A stretch of 55,806 nucleotides of DNA from Cyanobacteria bacterium P01_D01_bin.156 (GCA_039024555.1 JBCCQQ010000043.1:1-55806); one strand, 5' to 3'; shown: positions 45,477-55,475, numbered from the stretch's first letter. Notes: generated from the letters alone by a model not told the origin. Program-made: numbers and translations.

Positions 45477-47723
45477 ATGTTCAACCTCTCTCATGTCCTA
45501 CACTTTCGTTCCATCAAGGGTGCCTTCCAGTGGGCGTACCGTACTGTGGGGGATGTCTTTCAGTGGTGTCTTCGCACCCCGAAGGCCACCCTGCATGCCT
45601 GGCAGGATCTCGTCCAGCATGGCCCTTTCCCTGGACTCCAGATTAAAATCGCCTCCTTGGCCCACCAGCCAACGCTAGAGCACTGGATTGCACGCCTCCT
45701 CCCCGATTGGCTGGAGCATGTACTGGTTCTTGGCACTGGCCTGGCCGTTATGGGTTTAGCAGCCTGGATCGCTGCCTTAGACCCCATTGGCGCTGTCATC
45801 GGTACCGAGCTTATCTGGCCCCTGGTCAATGTCGGCATCACCTTCGGCATCGCCACTTATGGCCTCCAGCTTTATAAAGAGGATATCTGGCTGCGCCATA
45901 AGATTCAGCCCTGGGTCTGCCTCGCTGCCGTCTCTGTCTTCGCAGCACTCAGCGTCATTATCCCCATTCCCTTTATGATTGGCCCTGCGATCGCAGCCGC
46001 TTGGTGGTTCCCCCGCCGTGTTCATTACTTGCAAGTCGAGGACAGGCTATGGCAGCAAGACGGAGTAAACCACCCGTTACGACACCTGCCATACGGTCAG
46101 GTGCATCGTGAGAAACTTGCTGCTGTTCCTATTGGGGAAGACGTTCTTGACTGGGGTGGTATCCCCATCCGCTACAGCGAGGCTGTGTTGAACTTCCTCG
46201 TGGTAGGTGCGATCGGCTCTGGCAAGACCATCATGCTGCGCTTGTTTTTACAGACCCTTCTCCCTCATATCCACAAGGGAGGCACTAAGCGGGCTATCGT
46301 CTTTGACGCCAAACAAAACCTACTACCCATCCTTAAAGGCATCAATCCTGATACCCCTATTCACATCCTCAATCCGTTTGATGCTCGCCATGCCAAGTGG
46401 GATATGTCCATGGACATCAACACCATGGCCGACTGCGTAATGCTTGCAGCTGCCTTTACCCCTGAGCAGGCGGGGGACAAAAACCCCTTCTGGCGTAACA
46501 TCTCACGCCAAATGTTCACAGGGCTCTTCAAATACTATTACCTCAATGTGCCAGCAGGGCAGTGGACTTTTCGAGACGTCTTACTCGCTACTCAATCGCC
46601 CAGCCTGTTGATTGCGCTCCTTCGCAGCTGTGATGACACTAAACAGTATGCCGATATGCTCGATCGGCCTGGCGAGCTAAGCCATAACATCATGGTGACC
46701 GTGCAAACCTATTTGCATGAGCACTACGTCATTGCAGCGCTTTGGGAGCAAGCCGCTTACAAGATCAGCCTCAAGCAATGGATTAAAGAAAGTTCTATTC
46801 TCCTCCTCGGGAACAGCAACCAACACCAAGTGATTCTCTCCTCAGTGAATCGATTGTTGCTTCGGCTACTTAAGCCCATCATCTCTGATATGCCTGCAAC
46901 CCTTAATCCTGTTGCAGAAACCTTTATCATCCTCGATGAATTTACCCGCCTTGGCAGAATTGAAGACCTCGAAGGCTTCATCAACACGGCTCGTGATAAG
47001 GGAGTGAGCACCTTCCTCATCACCCAAGATGAAACCGATGCTGAAACCGTTTATGGCCAAAAAGAAGCCAACACACTCTTTGGACAATTTCACCACAAAG
47101 GCTTCTTTCGTCTCAACAGCACCGCCAGCGATAAGTGGGCATCTGCACTAGCTGGAACTGCTAAACGGCGCATGATTAAACGGGTACGCAACATGAGTGT
47201 TAAGCCCGATTACGAATGGCGTAACAACGATCTCTATGAAGAGAAATACGACGACGGTTCCGCCTACTACCGTATGGAAACCACCCGTGTCCTTCAGCCA
47301 GGGAAACTCAGCGCTATCCCCATCCCTAAACCTGGTAAGCAAGGGGTGAAAGGCTTCTACATGGACGAACGAGCGTATTGGTACACCACACCATCCTGGT
47401 ATATCAGTCAGCACTTACAGAGAAAAGACGAGCGGGTCAAACACTTTGAGTCCTTTAAATCCCACACCACACAACTCGTAGAGCCTTGGACTGAAGCCGA
47501 CGTTCAGCGCCTGGGTTTACCCTTCACCAGGGAGCAAATGCACGAGTTTGGGATTGAAGCAGAGCGTATTATGCGAAACGCCTCGCAAGCCTGGGATACA
47601 GCAGAAAATCCCACTTCTTATGGGGATGTCGTTGATGAAACCGTCACCACTGACAGCGGTTTTGATGGTGGCCTCAATACGGAAGCTAGCAACGAGTTCC
47701 CCGACCTTGATCTCTTTAACTAA
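45477..47723 (+). CDS. Type IV coupling protein (TrwB/TraD/VirD4-like)
   Basis: N-terminal TM helices, Walker A GAIGSGKT, VFDAK, LNPFDAR, NPFW, Walker B IILDEF and ARDKG. Confidence 0.9.
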   Translation: MFNLSHVLHFRSIKGAFQWAYRTVGDVFQWCLRTPKATLHAWQDLVQHGPFPGLQIKIASLAHQPTLEHWIARLLPDWLEHVLVLGTGLAVMGLAAWIAALDPIGAVIGTELIWPLVNVGITFGIATYGLQLYKEDIWLRHKIQPWVCLAAVSVFAALSVIIPIPFMIGPAIAAAWWFPRRVHYLQVEDRLWQQDGVNHPLRHLPYGQVHREKLAAVPIGEDVLDWGGIPIRYSEAVLNFLVVGAIGSGKTIMLRLFLQTLLPHIHKGGTKRAIVFDAKQNLLPILKGINPDTPIHILNPFDARHAKWDMSMDINTMADCVMLAAAFTPEQAGDKNPFWRNISRQMFTGLFKYYYLNVPAGQWTFRDVLLATQSPSLLIALLRSCDDTKQYADMLDRPGELSHNIMVTVQTYLHEHYVIAALWEQAAYKISLKQWIKESSILLLGNSNQHQVILSSVNRLLLRLLKPIISDMPATLNPVAETFIILDEFTRLGRIEDLEGFINTARDKGVSTFLITQDETDAETVYGQKEANTLFGQFHHKGFFRLNSTASDKWASALAGTAKRRMIKRVRNMSVKPDYEWRNNDLYEEKYDDGSAYYRMETTRVLQPGKLSAIPIPKPGKQGVKGFYMDERAYWYTTPSWYISQHLQRKDERVKHFESFKSHTTQLVEPWTEADVQRLGLPFTREQMHEFGIEAERIMRNASQAWDTAENPTSYGDVVDETVTTDSGFDGGLNTEASNEFPDLDLFN

Positions 47724-47770
47724 GACGTCACCTTATCCATTTCTTTCTGTTCTTCATTCCCTTCATCATC

Positions 47771-48235
47771 ATGACTTTAAGCAATAACAACAAATCCGAT
47801 TCCAACGAGTGGGTGGTGGACATCTTGTGGCTCATCACTAAGATCGCAGGTGTGCTTTTCTTTGGCGTTCTCCTCGTTGGCACCCTGGTGTACATCATCA
47901 AGCTCCCTTGGGTCATTCCCACCGTCGCCATCATGTTTGGTGTCTTGTTTGCCTGGGTTGCCCTTGAAAAAGGGGTTTCAGTGTTCAACCGCTTTGAACT
48001 CTATCCCTGGATCAAGCTGGCATCCCTCCTCGGCTTCTTCTTCGGGCTCTGGCTGTGGTTACCCTCCATCGCCACACCACTGGCCACCATGGCCTTCTTT
48101 GATGTTGCGGCCCTTCCCAGCTTCGTCGGTGCCCTCCAAGCTTATGACCCCACTGGGGTTTTCTACATGCTCGGCTGCGGCACCACTCGCCTGGTGTTTG
48201 AAGCCCTGCCCCGCTTGATGCGGCCACGGGACTAA
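47771..48235 (+). CDS. Hydrophobic membrane protein
   Basis: Four or more TM helices; in the T4CP operon. Confidence 0.7.
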   Translation: MTLSNNNKSDSNEWVVDILWLITKIAGVLFFGVLLVGTLVYIIKLPWVIPTVAIMFGVLFAWVALEKGVSVFNRFELYPWIKLASLLGFFFGLWLWLPSIATPLATMAFFDVAALPSFVGALQAYDPTGVFYMLGCGTTRLVFEALPRLMRPRD

Positions 48236-48310
48236 TCACCATATTCGGGGTGGCCTTTCTCCCACCCCATCAGGGTGCCAATTGTTGTTGTTCATTCCAG
48301 GTACATATCC

Positions 48311-49042
48311 ATGCCCGATATTATGTTCTTCGCTGGTGAAAAAGGCGGCGTTGGGAAATCTTTCACCTGTCGCGCTGCTGTCCAGTACGCCATTGACCAT
48401 ACCCTCCAACCGTTAACCGTCATCGAAAGTGACCGCTCTAATCCCGATGTCATGCGTATCTACGGCAAGCACGTTGATTGTAAGTTAGCCATCTTTTCCG
48501 AAGGCGAAAAGTTCCAGGACACCGCTAATGGCATCTACATCGCTGCCGCTGACCAGCGCCATCACGTCATCGTCAATATGCCAGCCCAAGTGCTTCCAGC
48601 CATCAAACAATGGTTTGAGCATAACGAGCTGCTCGCGATCGCAAAGGATGACGGTGTGCGATTTATCTTCTTCTTTGTCACTGATGGTGGATACGATTCG
48701 TTGAACCTGCTGAAAAAGTCCCTCACATACTTCGATGGCCGTGCTCACCACATCATCTTGAAGAACTACGGTATGACCGACGACTTCGAGGCCTTCGACC
48801 AGGACGTCGCCGTCCAACGCCTCATCAAAAAGTACAAGGCTCCTGTGATGGACTTCCCCAAGCTCATTGGCAGTGTTGAGCGTAACCGGCTCGATGCTGA
48901 GTCCATCCCTTTTGGGGAAGCACTCACCCTTGACGGGTTCAACTCTATCAGCCGCCAGCGGGTGCGGAAGTTTCTGCGTGAGGCCTACAGCACCTTCGAC
49001 CAGACCCCATTAGCCATGGAGCACGCCAGTGACGCAGCGTAA
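48311..49042 (+). CDS. MobD/TraL-like ParA-family mobilisation ATPase
   Basis: GEKGGVGKS, ESDRSNPDV, VIVNMPA and C-terminal RQRVRKFL. Confidence 0.8.
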   Translation: MPDIMFFAGEKGGVGKSFTCRAAVQYAIDHTLQPLTVIESDRSNPDVMRIYGKHVDCKLAIFSEGEKFQDTANGIYIAAADQRHHVIVNMPAQVLPAIKQWFEHNELLAIAKDDGVRFIFFFVTDGGYDSLNLLKKSLTYFDGRAHHIILKNYGMTDDFEAFDQDVAVQRLIKKYKAPVMDFPKLIGSVERNRLDAESIPFGEALTLDGFNSISRQRVRKFLREAYSTFDQTPLAMEHASDAA

Positions 49043-49721
49043 AGACCTGATCGATACCGCCCTCGCCCACCGTTCTACCAAAGAACGCGCTCGTGTCCTC
49101 GACCTGGTACGCAAGATGGGTGTATCTCAAGAGGACGACTTCTGGCTTATCTTTATCGCCATCGGCCAGCTTCAGGTGCTGATAGAAGATACCCCCGTTC
49201 AGTGGCAAGCCATTTTTGATGATTTTAAGGAGTATCTAGGCCAATGGTCAGACAAGAACGTAGAATTGATGACCCTGCTCGACACCCAGAACCAGGGCAT
49301 CGCCATGCTGGCGGAGGACATTCAATACTTACAGACCGTCTCTGGGGAAAACTCACAAAGGCTGATAGCCTCCTTCAACGAATTAGCAACTCTATTAGCA
49401 ACACTCGGCAAAGTATCGAACGAATCCGAGCACCACGTGGCCCATCTCACGACCGCAGTCCAGCATCTCCAAAACCAGAACAGCCAATTAATCACACAAA
49501 TGAGCACCATGGCCGAGGAGATGACCGCCATCAGGACGACCCTCAACACACCCCACCGCACTAGCTGGTGGATACCATGGGGAATCGGAGCAATGCTCTT
49601 CATGAGCGTCATCACTAGTATTGGCCTTGCCAATGCTCATAACCGACTCGATAGAGCTGAGGCTCCCAAGCCGCCTTCAGATGTGATGCAGAACGGCTGG
49701 ATTACTGGCCCACCAGAATAA
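49029..49721 (+). CDS. MobE-like coiled-coil protein with C-terminal TM segment
   Basis: RVLDLVRKMGVSQEDDFWLIFIAIGQLQVLIEDTP; overlaps the mobD-like gene. Confidence 0.7.
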   Translation: MTQRKDLIDTALAHRSTKERARVLDLVRKMGVSQEDDFWLIFIAIGQLQVLIEDTPVQWQAIFDDFKEYLGQWSDKNVELMTLLDTQNQGIAMLAEDIQYLQTVSGENSQRLIASFNELATLLATLGKVSNESEHHVAHLTTAVQHLQNQNSQLITQMSTMAEEMTAIRTTLNTPHRTSWWIPWGIGAMLFMSVITSIGLANAHNRLDRAEAPKPPSDVMQNGWITGPPE

Positions 49722-49725
49722 ACAC

Positions 49726-50199
49726 CTAACCTGACACGATCACATCAGAAAGCCCCATTAATTCCTTAAGACGCTGCATGTCAGGGGATTGGGGCTTTTC
49801 TGCTGGTATCTCTTGCTGGGCGGCAGCGATTCTTGCTCGTATTTTCTGTTTCAGACGAGGTAAATCAATAGAAAATTGTTCCGACCCCTGTGGTGTAAGC
49901 GGCTTTCTATAGTTTGGGTTATCGTTCCTATCTCTAATCAGATCCAGCTTTTCACCAATACTTTTTCTTATTTTCTCCGACATCTCGTTATAAGAGTTTT
50001 TTTCCAGGTTTTTCTCGACAACAATCTGATGAGCCTGAAGCAACGTTAGATTATCAGGATCAAGAGATTGTAGATTAGGACTCAGTAAAGTACCTTCTTG
50101 CAAAGTCCTCTTTGCAATCAACATCGTCAGCTGTTCGCTTGCTGGCTGAATATCAAGTTTATTAACCATGCAAATAGTATGCACGCTTTTCATATGCAT
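49726..50199 (-). CDS. Hypothetical protein (partner/immunity candidate)
   Basis: 12 nt downstream of 50212..51348 on the same strand. Confidence 0.6.
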   Translation of the reverse strand: MHMKSVHTICMVNKLDIQPASEQLTMLIAKRTLQEGTLLSPNLQSLDPDNLTLLQAHQIVVEKNLEKNSYNEMSEKIRKSIGEKLDLIRDRNDNPNYRKPLTPQGSEQFSIDLPRLKQKIRARIAAAQQEIPAEKPQSPDMQRLKELMGLSDVIVSG

Positions 50200-50211
50200 T
50201 TAAAGCATATT

Positions 50212-51348
50212 TTATCGCTCTATAGTTGGCATTGGAGGAGAAGGTGGCTCAGGTTCCTTAGTGTTGAATCGCGAGTTTTCTGGCTTCTCTCGCTGCTCTT
50301 GCTCCTCCTTCCTTAATTGTTGTGCTGCTTCTGCGGTTGTTTCTTTGGCGTGTTTCTCACGAACTTGAAATGAGCAGCGTCCAAGCAAGTATGGCGAATT
50401 ATCCCTGACTAAACTGACAACACTTTGCTCACTTGGAGAGAGCTTAGTGCCCAGTCGATTGGTCTCTTGCGCACGTGACTCTTGTTTCTTAATGACTTCT
50501 TTCGTAGCCAAAATGTCAGTGCCTTTATTGTAGGCTTTATCGATACCTAATTCATTAACCTTAGCTGCCCAAGCTTGATAATAGTGATCCAATAAAAGAT
50601 GTTGATTAGGTGGAATGTTTTCTATTCCTTCTAACCGTTTATTAATGAGTGTCTGTGCGTCATTTTTGATTTTTTCTAGCTGGCCTTCGGTGAAAGTTTC
50701 GTGGGTTCCTGTCGAGGCCTCAGCAGTATTTCTCTGAGCTTGTTGTAAATCAAATGGACTCTTTTCCTTGTCGATAAATCTGTCCTGAACTGCATCATTG
50801 GCACGACCCAGCAGCTCTTGATTCTTGATATCCTTTTGAACTTCGTCCTTTGTAGGCATACCTGGCGCACAATGACCTTGAACCATTGATGGTCGAGGCT
50901 GCATGACCTGGCGCGTCACTTCATGCCGTTGCCCCTGCCTGTCTTCCAAGCGCTCCGATTGCGCTTTCACCCTCGCCGCTTCCTGCTGGCCCTTGGCCTC
51001 CAATGCTTCTAATTTCGTCTGTAACCGCCCTCTATCGTGCAGCGTCTTCGCAATAGCAGCCTTTTGCTCCTGAGCTTGCTTCAGCAGCTCAGCTCTTTCT
51101 TTGTTCTGTGCCGCCGATAGGGTACCATCACCAAGAATAGTCGGCTTCAACGCCGTACTTATCAACCCGACAGCAGGAACTACTTTATTCCCAATCCGAC
51201 TCCCCCAACGACCAAGCATTGACCCACCCTGGGACTTTTCCTGCACTGGTAGCTGCGGTCTATTGTCGTTAGCTGCTGGTTTAATCAGCGGTGTCCGCTG
51301 CGATTGTTGACGATTCGGTTCAGGTGATTTCCGTGCAGGCTGTGCCAT
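50212..51348 (-). CDS. Putative conjugation-translocated protein with one RepB'-C-like helical domain
   Basis: AANDN motif; PTILGDGTL hydrophobic segment; LDHYYQAW...G...TDILA...RDNSPYL domain; PEPPSPPMPTIER tail. Confidence 0.65.
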   Translation of the reverse strand: MAQPARKSPEPNRQQSQRTPLIKPAANDNRPQLPVQEKSQGGSMLGRWGSRIGNKVVPAVGLISTALKPTILGDGTLSAAQNKERAELLKQAQEQKAAIAKTLHDRGRLQTKLEALEAKGQQEAARVKAQSERLEDRQGQRHEVTRQVMQPRPSMVQGHCAPGMPTKDEVQKDIKNQELLGRANDAVQDRFIDKEKSPFDLQQAQRNTAEASTGTHETFTEGQLEKIKNDAQTLINKRLEGIENIPPNQHLLLDHYYQAWAAKVNELGIDKAYNKGTDILATKEVIKKQESRAQETNRLGTKLSPSEQSVVSLVRDNSPYLLGRCSFQVREKHAKETTAEAAQQLRKEEQEQREKPENSRFNTKEPEPPSPPMPTIER

Positions 51349-51369
51349 GAGATTTCGGGGAATAAACGA

Positions 51370-52677
51370 CTATCGACTAGGCGTATGTGAGGGCGGTGTT
51401 GGCGTTGGTGGAGCTTGGTTCTGCGTCTGTTGCTGAGGGTTCGCACTAGAAAGATTCAACTGGTCTAAACGACGCTCATTGGTCATGCCATTAGCCTGCT
51501 TCCACTGCCATATTTGAGCCCTTGCCTGCTGGACTTTTAGCTGACCAAGGGGCTTTACAACGTGCTCTCGGATATATCCTTCCTTAACCGCTACGGACTC
51601 TCCAACAATTGCCACCGAACCCCGATGCACCGCATCCATAATTTTCTCTCGGCCAAAACCAGCAGCAAACAGTCGAACACTGATCTCTTCATCATGCTTT
51701 GCCCCTTGCATGCCTTTGACGGCCTCAAGCCCGTCTCGTCCAATAACGCGCCCTAGCTCTTTGCGATATTCGCGAATTGCTGAACCACGATAACCTTCGT
51801 AATCGTCTTTCTTCAGCTCAGTTACAGCCATTTCAATCTGTAACGCCTGCGCTTTTTGTTGGGGGGTTTTAGGCTCGGGAGGTTGATTTTCTTGGCTCCA
51901 CTTCAATATGGCTATTGTAGCCACCCGTTGCCCATAGGCTTTACGGTCTTCTAGCTGATGATGCTCTACGACTGGAGAATGATTTGCGATAACCGCTGCA
52001 ATATCTCCTTTAGCAATCGGCGTGTCCTTGTCGTCTCGTACATCCCTCGCTTGGAAAAAGGTCAGCTTCTCTGCGATCGCAACATCCGTTGCTTGTGATA
52101 TCGCACTATGGCCTTTGTGCTTGACCTGTATTTGAAGATTTCTGTGATAATGATCTTCAAGCGTCGTAGGCCGATGCACATCAAGATTGACGACATTTTT
52201 AGCCGTCACCGTTGGTTTAACGGACGCTGTCTGGGTTGCTGCTGGCTGTGATGGTTGGTTGCCCTGGCGTAGCATGTTGCTACTCGCCATCATGCGGTAG
52301 GCATTGCGCTGGGATGCATCCATGACCGCAGCTCGTTCTTTCAAGCTGATTAGTTGCGTTTGCAGTTCCTGCCGATGGACTGATGGGGCGGCCACAGGAG
52401 GCTTAACAATATGATGGCCATTTGTCGCATGTAACGAGGTCATCATCAGTTGCTCTCGCCCTTGCTGCTCCTGTTGGGCTATAGCAATCTTCTGCGCTTT
52501 TAATGATGGTTGTACTTGATGTTCACCCCGAGGAGCAGTCCCTACCCTGCCTCGAAACCAATTTACAACCCGTGACCATCGTCCTGGCCGCTTCGATTGT
52601 TTACTCGTATCGCTGTTATCGTTCGCAGCGGTAGGCGGTTGCTGCCACTGTGTCGGCAGGACTGGAGGCTGAACCAT
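51370..52677 (-). CDS. Putative conjugation-translocated protein with two RepB'-C-like helical domains
   Basis: AANDN motif; LEDHYHRNL...TDVAIAEKL...NHSPV..AY and AIREYRKEL...HDEEISVRLFAAGFGREKI...GYI...VQQARAQI domains; PPTPTPPSHTPSR tail. Confidence 0.65.
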   Translation of the reverse strand: MVQPPVLPTQWQQPPTAANDNSDTSKQSKRPGRWSRVVNWFRGRVGTAPRGEHQVQPSLKAQKIAIAQQEQQGREQLMMTSLHATNGHHIVKPPVAAPSVHRQELQTQLISLKERAAVMDASQRNAYRMMASSNMLRQGNQPSQPAATQTASVKPTVTAKNVVNLDVHRPTTLEDHYHRNLQIQVKHKGHSAISQATDVAIAEKLTFFQARDVRDDKDTPIAKGDIAAVIANHSPVVEHHQLEDRKAYGQRVATIAILKWSQENQPPEPKTPQQKAQALQIEMAVTELKKDDYEGYRGSAIREYRKELGRVIGRDGLEAVKGMQGAKHDEEISVRLFAAGFGREKIMDAVHRGSVAIVGESVAVKEGYIREHVVKPLGQLKVQQARAQIWQWKQANGMTNERRLDQLNLSSANPQQQTQNQAPPTPTPPSHTPSR

Positions 52678-53006
52678 AGCAGAACATAGGAACTACACTT
52701 CTATTATGACGCTTCTCTCTCATTACGGGGGTTTTCAGAAATCCTACAGGAAACAAAAGCGTAATCATTCACATCTATTAAAATAGTCGAATATAAGCGA
52801 GTTACTTTTCCGAAATCAGACTCAATAAGGGAAAAAATGATAAGTCCTTCTGATATCTTAACAATCGTAGAGAAAGCAGGTTCACTTCTCCAATTCTTGA
52901 ACGATGACAAAGAATATAAAAGTGCTGCCAAGAAAGCCCGAAAATATTTAAAAAAGAAATACAAAATTGAATTAGGAGAGAATGTTCCTATTCAAAGAAA
53001 TAATTA

Positions 53007-54710
53007 GGGCTTGCTGAAAAAGTCCATCGTTCAGCCTTAGCAAGGGTTTCGTTCTATTGAGATTTGATTAAGTGCAAGGGAAACTGGCTAAGATGCTCAA
53101 AACCCTTGCAGCTAACTCAGGGAAATGTACCGACAATCATCACCAGGCCAGCTATCATTCGAGGATTTTTATTTGCCGTTTGGGGGCAAATTATCGTCAG
53201 AGAACCGCTGGGTGAAACTGGCCGAAATTATCCCATGGGAGGAGTTTGAATCGAGCTATGCTAGCCAGTTCAGCGAGGATATAGGAGCGCCAGCGAAGGG
53301 GTTTCGGATGGCGTTGGGAGCGTTGATTATCAAAGAGAAATTGGGTATCAGCGACCGAGAGACGATAGAGCAGATCCGAGAGAACCCGTATCTTCAATAT
53401 TTTCTCGGACTTCATGAGTACAGTGATACGCCTCCGTTTGATGCGTCAATGATGGTTCATTTCCGCAAACGCATCGGTTTGGAGCTGGTAATATCCGTTA
53501 ATGAGTCAGTGGTTGAAGCCGGACTGAATTCAGCGGTGTCCTCACCTCAGGAGCGTTGCGCTGAGAGTGATGATGACTCAGACCCACCGCAACCGCCCTC
53601 TAGTGGCAATCAAGGTCAATTGGTTGTGGATGCCAGTTGCGCGCCAGCCGATATTCGCTATCCGACAGACCTGGATTTGTTGAACGACGCGAGGGAACAC
53701 AGTGAACGTCTCATTGATGAGTTGTATCCACAAGTGGCGGGATGTCTCCCCAAGAAGCCCCGCACCTATCGTCAAACCGCCCGCAGAGATTATCTCAGGA
53801 TTGTGAAACGGCGCAAGAAGCCCCGTAAATTGCTTCGGAAGGGACTGCGACAACAGCTCAACTATGTGCGCCGCAACCTGGGCCACATTGACCGGCTAAT
53901 CGAGGCAGGCGCCACCCTCGCAGCCCTCAATCCAGGGGAGTACAAGACACTGTTGGTGATTCATGAAGTCTATCGCCAACAACAGCACATGTACGACCAA
54001 AAGCAGCGGCGGATCGATGACCGCATTGTGAGTATTTCACAGCCCCATGTACGCCCGATTGTACGTGGTAAAGCGGGCAAACCTGTCGAGTTTGGCGCTA
54101 AATTCGATATCAGCTGTGTGGCAGGTTATGTGTTTCTAGACCATCTCAGTTGGGATAACTTCAATGAATCCAAACACTTGATTACACAGATAGAACGGTT
54201 TCGAACTCGAACCGGGCACTATCCTGCCTCAGTCCATGCCGACCAGATTTATCGAACACGAGATAACGTGAGGTGGTGTAATCAGCAGGGCATCCGTCTG
54301 AGTGGCCCGCCTTTGGGTCGTCCTTCCCTGGATGAGGCTTCACAAGAACTCCGCCGACAACAAGCCCAAGACGATGAGGGTGTGCGAAACGCTGTTGAAG
54401 GCAAATTTGGTCAGGGTAAACGACGATTTGGACTCGGACGGGTGATGGCCAAACTCGCCCAAACTGCCGAAACCATGATTGCTATCACCTGCTTGGTGAT
54501 GAACTTGGAGAAACGGCTACGCCGTTTAATTGTTTTGTTGTTGAGGGTGTTGATACGCTTACTATGTGCCTATCAGACAGATGTGCGCCACTTTGCCGCA
54601 ACATTAGGCAATGACTGGCAGAAATCTCTCGTTTATGGGCGATGAAAGGCGGATCACCTCCGGGCGACCGGATAACCCCTGAGATTTTGATTGAGTTTTT
54701 CAGCAAACCC
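53007..54710 (+). mobile_element. IS5-family insertion sequence
   Basis: Terminal IRs gggcttgctgaaaaagtc / gagtttttcagcaaaccc; TAATTA direct repeat at 53001-53006 and 54711-54716. Confidence 0.93.
53125..54645 (+). CDS. IS5-family DDE transposase
   Basis: ENRWVKLA, ENPYLQYFLG, VDASC..DIRYPTD, RGKAGKPVEFGAK, ADQIY and RNAVEGKFG motifs. Confidence 0.95.
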   Translation: MYRQSSPGQLSFEDFYLPFGGKLSSENRWVKLAEIIPWEEFESSYASQFSEDIGAPAKGFRMALGALIIKEKLGISDRETIEQIRENPYLQYFLGLHEYSDTPPFDASMMVHFRKRIGLELVISVNESVVEAGLNSAVSSPQERCAESDDDSDPPQPPSSGNQGQLVVDASCAPADIRYPTDLDLLNDAREHSERLIDELYPQVAGCLPKKPRTYRQTARRDYLRIVKRRKKPRKLLRKGLRQQLNYVRRNLGHIDRLIEAGATLAALNPGEYKTLLVIHEVYRQQQHMYDQKQRRIDDRIVSISQPHVRPIVRGKAGKPVEFGAKFDISCVAGYVFLDHLSWDNFNESKHLITQIERFRTRTGHYPASVHADQIYRTRDNVRWCNQQGIRLSGPPLGRPSLDEASQELRRQQAQDDEGVRNAVEGKFGQGKRRFGLGRVMAKLAQTAETMIAITCLVMNLEKRLRRLIVLLLRVLIRLLCAYQTDVRHFAATLGNDWQKSLVYGR

Positions 54711-55121
54711 TAATTATATGAATAAATATTCTTTTTATGTTCCAAAGTTTGAAGGGGATTGGGGGGATGCACTTGTTGCTATCACTGACACCATATTCGA
54801 GGACAAAATAAAGTCTTTTGGTGATAAAACAATGCAGGCTTGTGCCGATTTGATTTTCATTGACATTGCTGCTGGTGATCATATTCGCGCCTTAGAAGGA
54901 ATAGAAGATGAATACTACGAAGAGCCAGGATTAGATCCTAAATGGAATATTTTCTTTAATGCTCTAAAGGATAATCCAGAAACCCAAGTCAGCATTTATG
55001 AAATGGCAAGAGGGCGGGGTAGCAAACACGCTCTAAAACTGATTCGTCAAGAAATCGGTGATAAATTACCCTATTAACTGCCCCCGTCACATGCAAGCAA
55101 TTCCCTGCCTTATAATGACAG

Positions 55122-55212
55122 GGGCCAGCAACACGCTAACTAAAGTGGTTTAGCCGCTCCTCGTCAGGCTTACAAGATTTATGAAGAGCTGTCCTTCGGG
55201 GTGGCTTTTTTG
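55122..55212 (+). ncRNA. Candidate ~90-nt small RNA ending in an intrinsic terminator
   Basis: TATAAT at about 55111; terminator agctgtc-cttcgg-ggtggct followed by a T run. Confidence 0.35.
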
Positions 55213-55287
55213 CTACTAATTTAGGCCGTTTATAATGGAAAAGTTCAGCGTAACCTTTGTTATTGTCACAATACTGGGAAAGTGCAA

Positions 55288-55475
55288 TGAAACCCTCAAT
55301 TAACAGGCGATTTCCTCATTTAACCAATAAGATTATTCTGGCATCTCTAGCAGTTTTAAGCCTTGTAATTGTTAGTAGATACTATTGTCGGCTCATCGCA
55401 GAACTTGATATTCCATCTGGACAAGTTAAGATCATTTTCTGCGGCAGTCCTGAGCCTCTACCAAAGCTCCCATAA
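55288..55475 (+). CDS. Small membrane protein
   Basis: MKPSINRRFPHLTNKIILASLAVLSLVIV...; one TM segment; upstream TATAAT at about 55231. Confidence 0.5.

Larger units (their letters stand above)
52837..55077 (+). pseudogene. 176-aa hypothetical gene interrupted by IS5 (pieces 52837-53006 and 54717-55077)
   Basis: Removing the IS and one TAATTA restores MISPSDILT...QRNN-YMNKYSFYVPKF...DKLPY in one frame (531 nt). Confidence 0.85.

Noticed and set aside
10056..49721. Complete self-transmissible type IV secretion (MPF) system
   Set aside because: I recognised no VirB4, pilin or core-complex genes, so the plasmid is treated as mobilisable only.
52704..52964. Minus-strand 86-aa ORF
   Set aside because: Antisense to the 5' half of the IS-interrupted gene, which has the better-supported frame.
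54691..55077. Stand-alone 128-aa gene
   Set aside because: Its start lies within the IS right end; it is the 3' half of the interrupted gene.
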